Shown in pieces: positions 24,918 through 37,057 of a DNA stretch of 64,000 nt (positions within the stretch are counted from its first letter, which is position 1; each line of letters begins with the position of its first letter). The DNA lies in NCBI RefSeq assembly GCF_963921235.1, contig NC_086108.1, positions 45,200,001 through 45,264,000 of the forward strand, in the 5' to 3' direction. The position numbers and the translations under genes were made by a program. This DNA is from Mobula hypostoma (Eukaryota). The notes beneath the pieces are model-generated. The model was not told the origin of the DNA and ran no database searches. It worked only from the letters and a program-made list of their open reading frames with translations.

Positions 24918-26857
24918 GATCCAAAAAGAAGCGGAGAGCTTTGAGACCTTCCTGATGGGGGATGGAAGTATATAGGGACTAGACATCCATGGTGAAAATA
25001 TAGTGGTGGGGACCAGGGAACTTAAAATCATCGAAACGTTTAAGAGCGTGAGAAGTGTCACGAACATAGGTAGGAAGGGATTGAACAAGGGGATCTGCAT
25101 ACCTCAACACGGTCTCGTTTCTGCATACCTCGACACGGTTTTATCCCCCCGCTTCTTTTTGGATTCCAGACCTAATCAGTTCCCCTCTACCACCACTCTG
25201 CTCCGTCTAGCGGAATTAGTCCTTACTCTTAATAATTTCTCCTTTGGCTCCTCCCACTTCCTCCAACCTAAAGGTGTAGCTATGGGCACCCGTATGGGTC
25301 CTAGCTATGCCTGCCTTTTTGTTGGCTTTGTGGAACAATCTATGTTCCAAAACTATTCTGGTATCTGTCCCCCACTTTTCCTTTGCTGCATCGACGACTG
25401 CATTGGTGCTGCTTCCTGCTCGTACGCAGAACTCGTTGACTTCATTAACTTTGCCTCCAACTTTCACCCTGCTCTCAAGTTTACCTGGTCCATTTCCGAT
25501 ACCTCCCTCCCTTTTCTAGAGCTTTCTGTCTCTATCTCTGGAGACAGCTTATCTACTGATGTCTACTATAAGCCTACTGACTCTCACGGCTATCTGGACT
25601 ATTCTTCTTCTCACCCTGTCTCTTGCAAAATTGCCATCCCCTTCTCGCAATTCCTCCGTCTCCACCGCATCTGCTCTCAGGATGAGGCTTTTCATTCCAG
25701 GACGAGGGAGATGTCCTCCTTTTTTAAAGAAAGGGGCTTCCCTTCCTCCACCATCAACTCTGCTGTCAAACGCATCTCCCCCATTTCACGCACATCTGCA
25801 CTCCCTCCATCCTCCCGCCACCCCACTAGGAATAGGGTTCCCCTGGTCCTCACCTACCACCCCACCAGCCTCCGGGTCCAACATATTATTCTCCGTAACT
25901 TCCGCCACCTCCAACGGGATCCCACCACTAAGCACATCTTTCCCTCCCCCCCCCCGAGTTTCCACAGGGATTGCTCCCTACGCAACTCCCTTGTCCATTC
26001 GTCCCCCACATCCCTCCCCACTGATCTCCCTCCTGGCACTTATCCTTGTAAGCGGAACAAGTGCTACACATGCCCTTACACTTCCTCCTTACCACCATTC
26101 AGGGCCCCAGACAGTCCTTCCAGGTGAGGCGACACTTCACCTGTGAGTCGGCTGGGGTGATATAATGCGTCCGGTGCTCCCGATGTGGCCTTCTATATAT
26201 TGGCGAGACCCGACGCAGACTGGGAGATCGTTTTGCTGAACACCTACGCTCTGTCTGCCAGAGTAAGCAGGATCTCCCAGTGGCCACACATTTTAATTCC
26301 ACATCCCATTCCCCTTCTGACATGTCTATCCACGGCCTCCTCTACTGTAAAGATGAAGCCACATTCAGGTTGGAGGAACAACACCTTATATTCCATCTGG
26401 GTAGCCTCCAACCTGATGGCATGAACATTGACTTCTCTAACTTCTGCTAATGCCCCACCTCCCCCTCGTACCCCATCTGGTATTTACTGTATTTACATAC
26501 ACACATTCTTTCTCTCTCTCTCTCCTTTTTCTCCCTCTGTCCCTCTGACTATACCCCTTGCCCATCCTCTGGGTTTTTTCCCCTCCCTCCCTTTTCCTTC
26601 TCCCTGGGCCTCCTGTCCCATGATCCTGTCATATCCCCTTTGCCAATCACCTGTCCAGCTCTTGGCTCCATCCCTCCCCCTCTTGTCTTCTCCTATCATT
26701 TCGGATCTCCCCCTCCCCCTCCCACTTTCAAATCTTTTACTAGCTCTTCTTTCAGTTAGTCCTGACGAAGGGTCTCGGCCCGAAACGTCGACTGTACCTC
26801 TTCCTAGAGATGGTGCCTGGCCTGCTGCGTTCACCAGCAACTTTGATGTGTGTTGCT
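24918..26857 (+). mobile_element. Penelope-like element (RT + GIY-YIG), 5'-truncated and rearranged, inserted into the Gypsy element
   Basis: RT motifs GVAMGTRMGPSYACLF, (C)IDD, LPFLEL and YYKPTDSHGYL. After a frameshift, GIY-YIG GVI*CVRCSRCGLLYIGETRRRLGDRFAEH at ~26155-26245. The 3' pyrimidine-rich repeat carries a hammerhead motif. Confidence 0.92.
26757..26794 (+). ncRNA. Minimal type I hammerhead ribozyme (PLE-associated), core intact
   Basis: TAGTC-CTGACGA-A-GGGT(CTCG)GCCC-GAAAC-GTC^-GACTG. It has the CUGANGA and GAAA boxes, stem II, stem I TAGTC/GACTG, and palindromic ACGT in place of stem III. Predicted cleavage is after C26789. Confidence 0.8.
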
Positions 26858-28710
26858 ATGAAGACTTCCTTCATTTCCTCAGCCACTGTGTGCACCTTTC
26901 TCTTGGTAGCCCCAACTTTGAAGCACCTTGCAAAATGATTCTTCTTCCCACAATTATTGCAAGACTTTCCATAAGCAGGACACACCTTTGGCATGAACCT
27001 ACTTGCAAGTTTGCTGCATTTACTGTTTGATTGTACCTCTTTGCTATGCTGTTACTTGGCGAAACACCTTGTACTCTGCCCCTCTGTTTTCACAGCATGC
27101 ACGGTTGTTTCTGCCCTGTTCAGCTCTTCAGTTTGAATTTGTGTTGTCTCCAAAGCCCGGCACATATTCACAGCCTTTTGTAGCTTTAAATCTTTTTCAC
27201 AGTGCAACCTTTCTCTGAGAACAATAGTTTGGGATTCCACAAACTATCTTGTTTCTGACTAGTGAATCTCCCAAATCTCCAAACTCATTGGACTTACTCA
27301 GTGTGTGAAGTTCAGCTAAGTATTGGTCAAAGGAGACAGTTTGTTTCTGCTCACAGGAGAAGAACTTGGTATCCCTCAAATGTGATATTTTTACGTGGGA
27401 CAAAATACTCTTCCAATTTTGATCATCAGAGTGTCCATTTTAAAGTCTGCCTCCTCAGTTTGAAAGCTGTTGTAGATGTCCAAAGCATCTTCACCAATTA
27501 TGCGTAGAAAGATGGATGCTTTCAATTTTTCCTCTGCCCCACTGGCTCTGCTCGCCGCTAACCATATATTGAATCACTGTTTGAAGCTTTCCAAATTATC
27601 AGCTAGATTGCTAGTAAACTGCATAGATGTGGATGGACTTAGGTTATCCATAACAGAATTTTTCGGGCTTCTCCCACCTGAATCTCTTGGTAAGCTTTGA
27701 GAATGCATGCTCTCTTGCCAGCAGCTTCTCTCTGTCTGAACCTTGCATCCCTTTCTTAATTGCTTGCAGTATTCAGCTACGCTTCATACTTAGACCTCAC
27801 GCCGACTTCGGACACCATGTTCTGTTTGTTCTTTAACGAAGGCAAACTTGTGTGGGTAAAATGCTCGAACTATTTTATTTACAGATTTACAGAATGACTC
27901 CAGCTCAACCACATTTTACTCGGGACCTTCTAGCCCCCCAAGAAAGTGCGTGTGACCCGTTCATCAACGTCACTTCCATTTTTGAGTGAACCGCCCTCAT
28001 TGCGCACAGGGAACTGAAGTTCCTTTTTATGTAAACACATAATAACACACTTAATGCCCAGCATTGTCCTATGATCGTAAGAAAGATGTTTAAAAAAAAA
28101 CACAAAAAATCTTTAGTTGGCGCCCGAGAGGCAATCCAAATGCACTGCCATCATCCTGGAGTAAAAATTAACGAAAACTCAGTAAAAGAGGAGGTTAAAA
28201 TCAGACATTTGTTATTATTGTACGAACAGAAGGACTGGATGTGCTCCTCCATATTTTCCAAAACTATTCAGGACCAGAGTTACCAATAAAGGTTTTAGTG
28301 CATCTCACAATGAAAATTAGGTAGGCTTCATAGCACTCTAGGTTGAAACGGCTGGTTGCCTTGGGCAGTCAATCTTCAACCACACCCAGGTGCTGTGTCA
28401 TTAAATAGCTATGGTGAAGAGAAATTTAGTTCATTCTGTAAACCTCTTAACTTGACTGAATTAATACAAATCAAAAATAAATTACAGAAGTTGTTCATTA
28501 TCAGTAATATCAATAGGAGCATCAATATTTTTGTAAAGTAGATTCTTTTTAAGAAAGGATATACTGGCACTTGTGGCACTACAATAGAGACTCACTAGGC
28601 CCATTCCTGGGATGAAAGGGTTGTCCTATCAGTAGCAGCTAAAACAAATTATCTGTGTTCTTTGGAGTTTAGAAGAATGATCTTGCTAGAACACTTAAGA
28701 TGCTTGTAAA

Positions 28711-28801
28711 ACACACAAAATGCTGGAAGAACTCAGCAGGCCAGGCAGCATCTATGGAAAATTAAACAGTGGTCGTTTCGGGCCGAGACCCTTCGTCAGG
28801 A
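28711..28801 (-). mobile_element. PLE terminal fragment with degenerate hammerhead, inside an old CR1 remnant
   Basis: The minus strand reads TCCTGACGAAGGGTCTCGGCCCGAAACGACCACTG...GATGCTGCCTGGCCTGCTG. The cleavage triplet is mutated GTC>GAC. Confidence 0.8.
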
Positions 28802-31075
28802 TGCTTAGTGGTCATGTTGATGTTGAGTTATTTCCTCTAGTGGGAGAATATGGAATGAAGGGACAGAGTTACTAGGTTAGTAGGTAGTCGTTTTAAGCTG
28901 ACTTGCATAGGAATTCTTGCAGAATTTGGTGACTCTTTGGAACTCTTTACCTTGGTCTGTAGAGGCTACATCATTGGAGATTTTTAACATGGAAATAGAT
29001 ATATTTTTGAAAGATTAGGGAATTGTGAGATATGGAGGTCTGACACAGAGGAGGTAAAGGCAGGGAAGATCATTCATGACTGTATAGAATGGCTACAAAC
29101 AGCTGAGTGGCTTACTCCTGATTCCAGATTGTTTAATGTCATTTCCAGTACATAAGCGTAAAGGAGGATGAAATAATTGTTACTCTGGATCTGATGCATC
29201 ACAAAAATCACAATAAGTTAAATAACGTGATAATATAAAAAAATCAATAGATATAAATACATAATATAGTTTATATACATAGATTGATTATATGCCCATA
29301 GGTTCTTATAAATAATTGTAAGATGCTCATTGATTTTTTTCATATGTTTGAGTGGCTTTCTTTAATAGTGTTAATTATTTGAAAGCTTGGTATTCATCTC
29401 TTTTGGTGAATGTACATGTCATGCTCTTAGTTTACGCTCATGGTGTTGGATTGAGGCAGACTGTCCAAAAAGGACAGACACCTGATCAGTGATACAAATT
29501 ATTTAACAAATAAATTTACAGTTAGCTTTATTTTTCTCTTGAGAGAGTTTGCCAAAATATAGTCGCCAATAGCTACTGATCCTTCCAGAACTATCTTTAA
29601 TATAGGGAAGGAACAAGGACTTGCTGCACCATTTCTAATGGTACAGTAGCCAAACTAACCTTATCTGGGCACAGACATGGACAGCAACACTTAGGCCATT
29701 TGGAAGCATGGAGCTGTGCTCAACCCAAGAGCTGAAGTGAAAACTGAATGAAAGGTTTGCCAGCAAGACTGCGATGGTTTACATTTTGAGCCAGGTAATC
29801 TTGAAAACATATGTTTAGGATTGTCAGAGGAATTCTAATTAAATAAGATAAAACAGATGCTGAATCTGTTTGAATTTATGAAACTTTCGTCATGGGATAC
29901 AGAATAGGTTGCTCTGTCTTTCTGTTATATGACTCAAATATTGATGTACTGTATGTGATGTCTAAGCATAAAACTTAATTCTTTTCTTCTTTGTGCTTTC
30001 CTTCCTTTGCCAAGGAATCTCTACCTTCAGAGCTCAGGTACCACTCATTCAATCAATTCAGTCGATGATGGTCGAGACAAATTTCAATTGCAATGTTTTT
30101 TTTTGTCTATCACATGAGCAATAATTTGACAGAGATTGCTCAGCTGCATAAAACCTAACTGATTCAGTTCATTGAAATTATCAGTTGTCAATGATTTGAG
30201 ATTTATCTGCTCTGCCATGTTATTGTCCATGAAATAAAGGCAGCATTTGAACTCCCGTAAGCTATTATTTATACATGTCTGTGAAGTTTATGCATCTTAT
30301 GACCATGCCATAGACTTAAACGTGGCAGCTTAAGTAAACTTGTAAAGCTGCTATGCTCTTGGGTGTGTTACACAAAGAATACCAGATCAAGATCTACTGC
30401 CAGCTGTTGCAGGGCATTTTGTCCAGAGACATTGATTCCTATAGCAGTGCCATGTAGCTACTGTGCCAAAGGAGTAAGACGGTCAGGTAAAGTTTAAAGC
30501 ATTCCTAACAATTTATTCATTCTGTATTATGGGATTACCTATTGGAATGACTTTGCATACTTATCCAAAAGTGCTTTAGCAATTACATCCAACAATATAC
30601 ATGGTACCAAGTTAAAGGTTACACACAGCAACTAATCTTGAAACAAAAACATTGCTTGCATGTAACCCTGTAAAGTGCAGCATTTAAAATATGGCCTTTG
30701 ATAAATTATTGCTATGAAACATTCTTTGTTTGCAGCCTCTTAATAGTTTTACTTTGAGTACCGGTAATAATTATCAACAACTACAGTTGTGAAAACTATT
30801 TTCAGCCTTTTGAATCAAATCCAGGAGTAAGGCTATCATCTGACACCCCTGGTCAGCTGCCAGAGCTGAGCTGTTCGAGTGAAGTGTCTTAAAAAGAAGA
30901 ATTTCTACTTTTAGTAACTGCATTCCAGTTGAAAAGTGCTCATGCACAGGAACTAATAATTCACTATTCCATAGCAGAAGGAATCACATGGTATATAGTC
31001 AGGATAGAATTGTCTTAATGAGACTCAGCAGCGATTGTGAAGTGTAAAACTTCTTTCTCTCTCAAACATTTACAG

Positions 31076-31186
31076 AAACCATATGCTTGTCAGATCCCAG
31101 GGTGCACAAAGCGCTACACTGATCCAAGCTCATTGAGGAAGCATGTCAAAGCACACTCTGCCAAACAGCAACAGGTGCGTAAGAAG
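31076..31186 (+). CDS. GLIS1: GLIS-family exon encoding ZF5 and the downstream basic region
   Basis: Acceptor ...aacatttacag|AAA and donor AAG|gtaaga. The exon is 111 nt and in frame with the previous one. It encodes [46 protein letters not shown] fits GLIS1 (HSAKEQQVRKK) better than GLIS3 (HSSKEQQARKK), as recalled. It is absent from the ORF track. Confidence 0.88.
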
Positions 31187-31954
31187 GTAAGAAATAATCA
31201 TAGATAATCCAGTATGTGTCATGTACTGGACAATCACATGTTTTTGGGAAATACAGGTATTCATTTTCACATCACATTTTTGGGGAAATATTTATTTGTT
31301 TTAGAAAGATTATATTTTCTTTTCTCACATTTTTTTTCAATGGAGAATGTTGAACATGTCACAATTGTGAAAAAAAAGATAAATTAAACTAGAAGTCGTG
31401 GTTATGAAGGCCAGCCTAGGTTTTAGAAGCCAGCTATGAAGAAGAATGAAAGACTCAAGGGCTGAAGACGTCCATTATTTTTGCATCCTTGAAAAGTGTG
31501 ATTCAGAACATGATTAGTCTCGAAGAAGCGTGTCAAGAAATATTTGTTGAAACTATATTGATATAATATGGGAAGTTTGTGCTTATTCTTCCACTACAAG
31601 AAATTTTCTCTTTTATAGCAGTTAATATGAACTCTCAGAAATTTCAAGGAAGTATTGAAATAAACATACTTCTTTCAGGCTCAGTGGGAAAAAGTGAAAC
31701 TGAAATTGCTGGAAAAACTCAGCATGTTTGAGTTTCACTGATAAAGTGAGCCAATTTTGCTCAACACTTTATCAAGAAGGAAATGAAAACAATGCCTCAC
31801 CTTATCAGAAATATTCTCTTTGTCCTACCCCTCTCTCCCCACTCTTTCTGCAACTTAAAACCAACTTATTTTCTTTCTTCATGAACCTGAAATGTTAAAT
31901 CTGTTTCTCTTTCCACAGAAACTGCCTGACCTAGGAAAGCCAGCTACTAATCAG

Positions 31955-34900
31955 AAATAGCCAGCATGGCTTTGTCAATGACAAATCCTGTCTGATGAAC
32001 AGATTAAAATTTCTGAAGAAATAACAAAATGTATTGATGAGGGCAGCACAATAGATGTAGTTTACAAGGACTTTGACAAGGACTCACGTGGGAGACTGGT
32101 CCAAAAGGTTAGGGATCAAGGACAAGTTAATAAATTGGACCCAAAATTGGTTTTACCATAAGAATCAGACTATAATAATAGAGGGTTGCTTTTGTAAATA
32201 GATGTCTGTGACTTGTGGTATTTCACAGAGATCAGTGTGGAGACCTTTGTTGTTTGTAATAGACATGAATGATGTGGATGTAAGATTAGATTAGATTCAA
32301 CTTTATTGTCATTGTGCCGAGTACAGATACAAAGCCAATGAAATGCAGTTAGCATCTGACCAGAAATGCAAAGAATAGTGTTATTTACAAAATAACTGCG
32401 AATAAAAAGTGCTACAGCACACAAATATAGAAGTACTGAGACAGTACAGTACGGATGCAATAATGCTTAGCGCTGTGATGTGAGGTTCAGCAGTGTCACA
32501 GCCTCAGAAGAAGCTCTTCCTGTGCCTGCTGGTACGGGAGCGGAGGCTCCTGTAGCGCCTACCGGATGGGAGGAGAGTAAAAAGTCCATGGTCAGGGTGA
32601 GATGCATCCCTGATAATGCTTTTCACCCTGCCCAGGCAGCGTTTATTGTAGATGTTCTCAATGGTGGGCAATTGGGTGCCGATAATCCGCTGGGCAGTCC
32701 TCACCACCCGCTGAAGTGCTTTGCAGTCTGATACAGGACAATTGCCATACCACACTGAGATGCAGTTGGTGAGTATGCTCTCAATGGTACAGCGGAAAAA
32801 GTCCGTCAGTATCCTGGGACAGAGGTGAGCTTTCTTCATGCTCCGCAGGAAATAAAGGCACTGTTGCGCCTTTTTAATCAGGATGGAGGAGTTCAGGGAC
32901 CAGGTGAGATTCTCAGAAATGTGGACACCAAGGAATTTGAAGCTTGATACACGCTCCACTACAGCTCAGTTGATGTAGATGGGGACGTGAGTATGGCTGC
33001 TAGCATGCCTGAAGTCCACAATGATCTCCTTGGTCTTCTGGGTGTTAAGGGCCAGATTGTTGTCAGCACACCACGCGGCCAGGTGCTGAACCTTGTCCTT
33101 GTAGGCCGTCTCGTCATCCCCTCTGATCAGACCAACCACCGTGGTGGTGTCTGCGAACTTGATTATGGAGTTAGAACCATGTACAGGAACACAGTCATAG
33201 GTGAAAAGGGAGTACAGAAGAGGGCTCAGCACACAGCCTTGAGGCACGCTGGTGTTCAGGGTGAGAGTGGAGGAGGAGAAGTTGTCTAACTTAACAGATT
33301 GGGGTCTGTTAGTTAGAAAGTCCAAGGTCCAACTGCAGAGGGATACGCTGATACCAAGCTGGCGAAGTTTGGCATCAGCTTGGAGGGGATTGCAGTACTG
33401 AATGCCGAACTAAAGTCAATGAACAGCTTTCTGACGTAAGAGTTGGGGCTGTCCAGGTGGGTCAGGGCAGAGTGAAGTGCCGTGGAGATGGCATCCTCTG
33501 CTGACCTGTTGGTGCGATAGGCAAATTGATGGGGGTCCAAGGTAGAGGGTAGACAGGATTTCAGATGTGATGGAACCAGTCTCTCAAAGCACTTTGCAAC
33601 GATGGGGGTGAGTGCAACTGGGCGGAAGTCATTCAGGCCAGCGGCAGTGGAATGCTTCAGCACTGGCACGATGGTGGCGATCTTGAAGCTTGTGGGGGCA
33701 ACTGCCTGGGCCAGGGACAGATCAAAAATGTCTGTGAAGACCCCGGCCAACTGCCCTGCACAGACTCTGAGCACACGGCCAGGTATTCCATCCGGATCAG
33801 CTGCCTTCCATACATTCATCCTGCTCAGGGGGGCGTAAACATCGGAGGTGGAAAGTGAGAGAGGCGGTTCACCAGGTGGGAGATCCGCTTTGAGGGTGAC
33901 TTCCTTGTTCTCTCGGTCAAAGTGAACGTAGAAGTAATTGAGCTCATCAGGGAGGGAAGCAGAGCTGGAAGGGGCCACAGTACTAGGAGGTTTGAGGTCT
34001 GTAATGACCTGTATGCCATGCCACATGCGCTGGGGGTCTGAGGAGTTGAAATGCTCCTCGATTCTCTGTTTGTATATGTGTTTAGCCTGGGAGATTCCCC
34101 TCCTTAGGTTGGCCCTAGCTGAGCTGTAAGCCTCCCAGTCTCCAGACCTGAAGGCTGAATCTCTGGCTTTGAGCAGGAGGCGAACTTCTCTGTTCATCCA
34201 TAGTTCCTGATTGGGAAAAACTTTTATTTGTCTTTGTGGTGTCACTCTATCTACACACTTGTTGATGTGCTCAAGGACAGGTGAGAAGCATGATAGGTAA
34301 GTTCTCAGATGACACAATGATTGGTGGAGTTGTTGATGGTGTGGTGTGTGATATTGATGTATTGAGAAATGGCAGATGAAGTTTGATCCAGATAAATGTG
34401 AGGTGTTTTTTTTTGGAATACCAATGAGTAGGACATACACCATGAATGGTAACGACCTAGAGAGTATCAGTGGGGCCTTGGTGTACACTTTCAAAGATAA
34501 TTGAGGTTGACAGTTCAGGTAGAGAATGAGGTGAAGAAGGCAAGTGCAATAGACATTGAATGCAAAAGCAGAGATGTTATACTAAAACTGTAAAAAAGTA
34601 TTGGTTAGACCTCAAAAGCAGTACTACATACAGTTTCAAAACATACAAGATATGATAACAAGTGAAGGCCCAAAGGACATTCACCAGTATTTTACCTGGG
34701 ATAGTGCGTTTCAATAATGAAGAGGCTGGGTTTGTTTATCCTGCAACAGAGGAGGGTAAGAGGTGACATCATTGAAATATATAAAGTTATGAGCGGCATA
34801 GATAGGGAAGACTGCAGGAAGCTATTTCCCAAATCAGAGCTAAATAAAAATAGAGGACATAGATTTGGTGTAAGTTGTGGGGGATTTAGAGAAGATCTGT

Positions 34901-35085
34901 GAATCACAATTACCTGGAAGCAGAATCACTGAAAACAATTTGACAAATGTTGAGATGTGCAGTTGAATTGTCTGGCATAGAAGACAATGAGCCAAGTGCT
35001 GGAAGATAGAGTGAATACAAATGGATAACCACTGGCCAGCATTGATGTGATGGGCTGAATGCTCTGTTTCCATGCTATATAATTC
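31955..35085 (+). mobile_element. Old CR1 RT/3' fragment split by the Rex1 insertion
   Basis: SQHGFV..KSCL.N at ~31960. It resumes after 34280 with SMIGKFSDDTMIGG and LGLFILQQRRVRGDIIEIYK. Confidence 0.75.
32283..34280 (-). mobile_element. Rex1/Babar-clade LINE, 5'-truncated RT-containing copy
   Basis: [42 protein letters not shown] and KKAQQCLYFLR are spread over three frameshifted ORFs. The 3' end is AATAAAGTTG(AATCT)3. Confidence 0.92.
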
Positions 35086-36921
35086 AGTGGCTCCATGATC
35101 TGCTGACTGTCTCCAGGTTTTCTGACTTTTATTTCAAATTCTTGATTCTCAGGAAGAAAATAAATCACTTGTTAAGAAACAGAACTTATTATTAATCCAT
35201 AAATGCTGATTTACAGTAAGCTCTAAACTGGGCAGTCTGATTTTAATGAGGATGCACAAAACAAACATAAAGCTTTTGTTTGCCTTAGGAAAAAATCCAG
35301 TGCTTGATTGTGTTATAGTAAGTGATACCTGTAAAATTACTTCAAGTGTGCAATTTTTCAGATACTTAAGGCACTAATTCATAAAATTTACTGTCATTAT
35401 GCTCATAAAATAAGCAAAACAAATGTTGCTTTCTATTTTAAGACTTTCATGAAATAATGAGCTAATAATATCATGGTATGTGTCTAATACATTAAATTAC
35501 ATTGGAATATCTGTTTACATATTAACAGGCATTGAATCCTGAAGCTTAAAATGTCTTTGAGGTGCTTACAGTGTGCCCAAAAAAGCACTTGACTAGTTGC
35601 ACAAGTCATACGCTGTCAAGATCCTAGTCGGCATTTATGAGACTAACCTGCACTTTCTGGCTTAGGTGACTGTGGCTCCACTAGACAATGGTGAAGCCCA
35701 TGAATAGATGGGAAGCAAAAATAGAACAGAGTGTAAAATCAATGTCTGTCTAGGTACCATATCCGATGCTGCGTTGGTGACCATGGTTTTCCATATAGAT
35801 CTATCCCCCGTTCTTTGAATGACTTCCATTTCCTCGATGTGTGGCTATGCTTTTGATGTACATAAGCCGAGATCTTCCTCTAGGTTTACTCCCCTCGATC
35901 TTTCCAGAGAGTATGAGTTTTTCTAGCTCATCTTTCCGCATGATGTGTCCTAGGAATCTGAGTTGTCTTTCTCTTATTGTTGGTATGAGTGATCAAACTG
36001 CTTGGGCTCTTCTGAGAACTTCTTCATTTGATGTGTGTGTGGTCCATGATATTTTTAACATTCTCCTGTAGAACCATAATTCAGCTGCTTCTAGTCTCTT
36101 TTCCATTGCTGGGGAAATGGTCCAGCATTCACTTCCGTAAGTCAGGATAGAATAAATGTAGCACTGCAGTATTCTGTTTTTAGTGTACGTGCTCATCTTT
36201 CTGTCTGTTAATACGGTCTTCATTTTTTGGTAAGCTTCTTTCGCCATTGCTATTCTGTATTTAATATCTGTGTCGCACCTGCCATTACTTGTTATTAGGC
36301 TGCCAAGATATCTGAGTTTGTTGACTTGTTTGATGTTTGTATTTCCAATCTTGATCACACATTGTGGGGTGTTTGTCTTTCTGGAGATGACCATGCTTTC
36401 TGTCTTTCTGGTGTTGATTGAGAGGCCTTTGCGATCACTTTCTGCTGCCACTATAGTGAGTAGTTCTTGAAGTTTTGTGTCTGAGTCAGCTATTAGTACA
36501 ATGTCATCAGCATATCTGATGTTATTTATATTATGGCCTCCAATTGTGAATCCTTTGCTGTCTTTGATACTTCTCAAGATATTTTCACTATACAGGTTGA
36601 GTAAGTCTGGCAAAAAGACACAACCTTGCCTGACTTCTCTCATGATATTCACATACTCACTCACTTCTCCTATTATTCTGATGGATGCTGTCTGGTCCCC
36701 ATATAAGTTTCTTAAGAAATGTATATCTTTCCCATCTATGTCAAGATGGTTCCTGCTTCTCAGACGCTGAGCAGTAGATCCTTTTAATAGGACAATGGTC
36801 AGGGTCACCCATCTTGTAAAGACACTGCATTGGAAGCAAGCAAGGGGAAGCTGCTTGTATTTCATCCCTAGTACAACCATGGTTAATACATACACAAATG
36901 TAAAAGACAACAGTGTAAATG

Positions 36922-37057
36922 GTTAGTCCTGACGAAGGGTCTCGGCCTGAAACGTCGACTGCGCCTCTTCCTATAGATGCTGCCTGGCCTGCTGCGTTCA
37001 CCAGCAACTTTGATGTATGTTGCTTGAATTTCCAGCATCTGCAGAATTCCTGTTGTT
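36922..37057 (+). mobile_element. 136-bp PLE terminal-repeat insertion beginning with a hammerhead
   Basis: Near-identical to 26755-26857 over the shared part. Flanked by direct repeat AGTGTAAATG (36912-36921 and 37058-37067). Removing it restores the RTE N-terminal frame (MVNTYTNVKDNSVNGSPLP...). Confidence 0.9.
36924..36961 (+). ncRNA. Minimal type I hammerhead ribozyme, core intact
   Basis: TAGTC-CTGACGA-A-GGGTCTCGGCCT-GAAAC-GTC^-GACTG. One stem II pair has become G-U. Confidence 0.75.

Larger units (their letters stand above)
23496..28049 (-). mobile_element. Non-autonomous Gypsy (Mag-like) LTR retrotransposon with gag and protease remnants; most of pol absent
   Basis: LTRs at 27818-28049 (5') and 23496-23728 (3') with TG...CA ends. 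Perfect 5-bp TSD CTTAA (23491-23495 and 28050-28054). PBS TGGTGTCCGAAGTCGG, tRNA-Leu-like, at 27802-27817. PPT AAAGGGGGAAGA at ~23729-23740. Zinc knuckle CPAYGKSCNNCGKKNHFARC. Protease remnant IPFELDTRAQVNLL. Confidence 0.9.

Noticed and set aside
25003..26127. 374-aa RT ORF as a functional or domesticated gene
   Set aside because: Its N-terminus is antisense junction sequence, the motif-A region is missing, the catalytic motif reads CIDD, and the GIY-YIG part is frameshifted with a stop.
26493..26840. Minus-strand ORFs beginning MLVNAAGQA (also 36741-37007)
   Set aside because: These are antisense translations of the repeated PLE terminal sequence, not a gene family.
36748..36880. HDV-like ribozyme in the RTE 5' UTR
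   Set aside because: Only a simple hairpin (CTCAG-acg-CTGAG) is evident. I could not fit the nested double pseudoknot, and the UTR may be truncated at the inversion junction.
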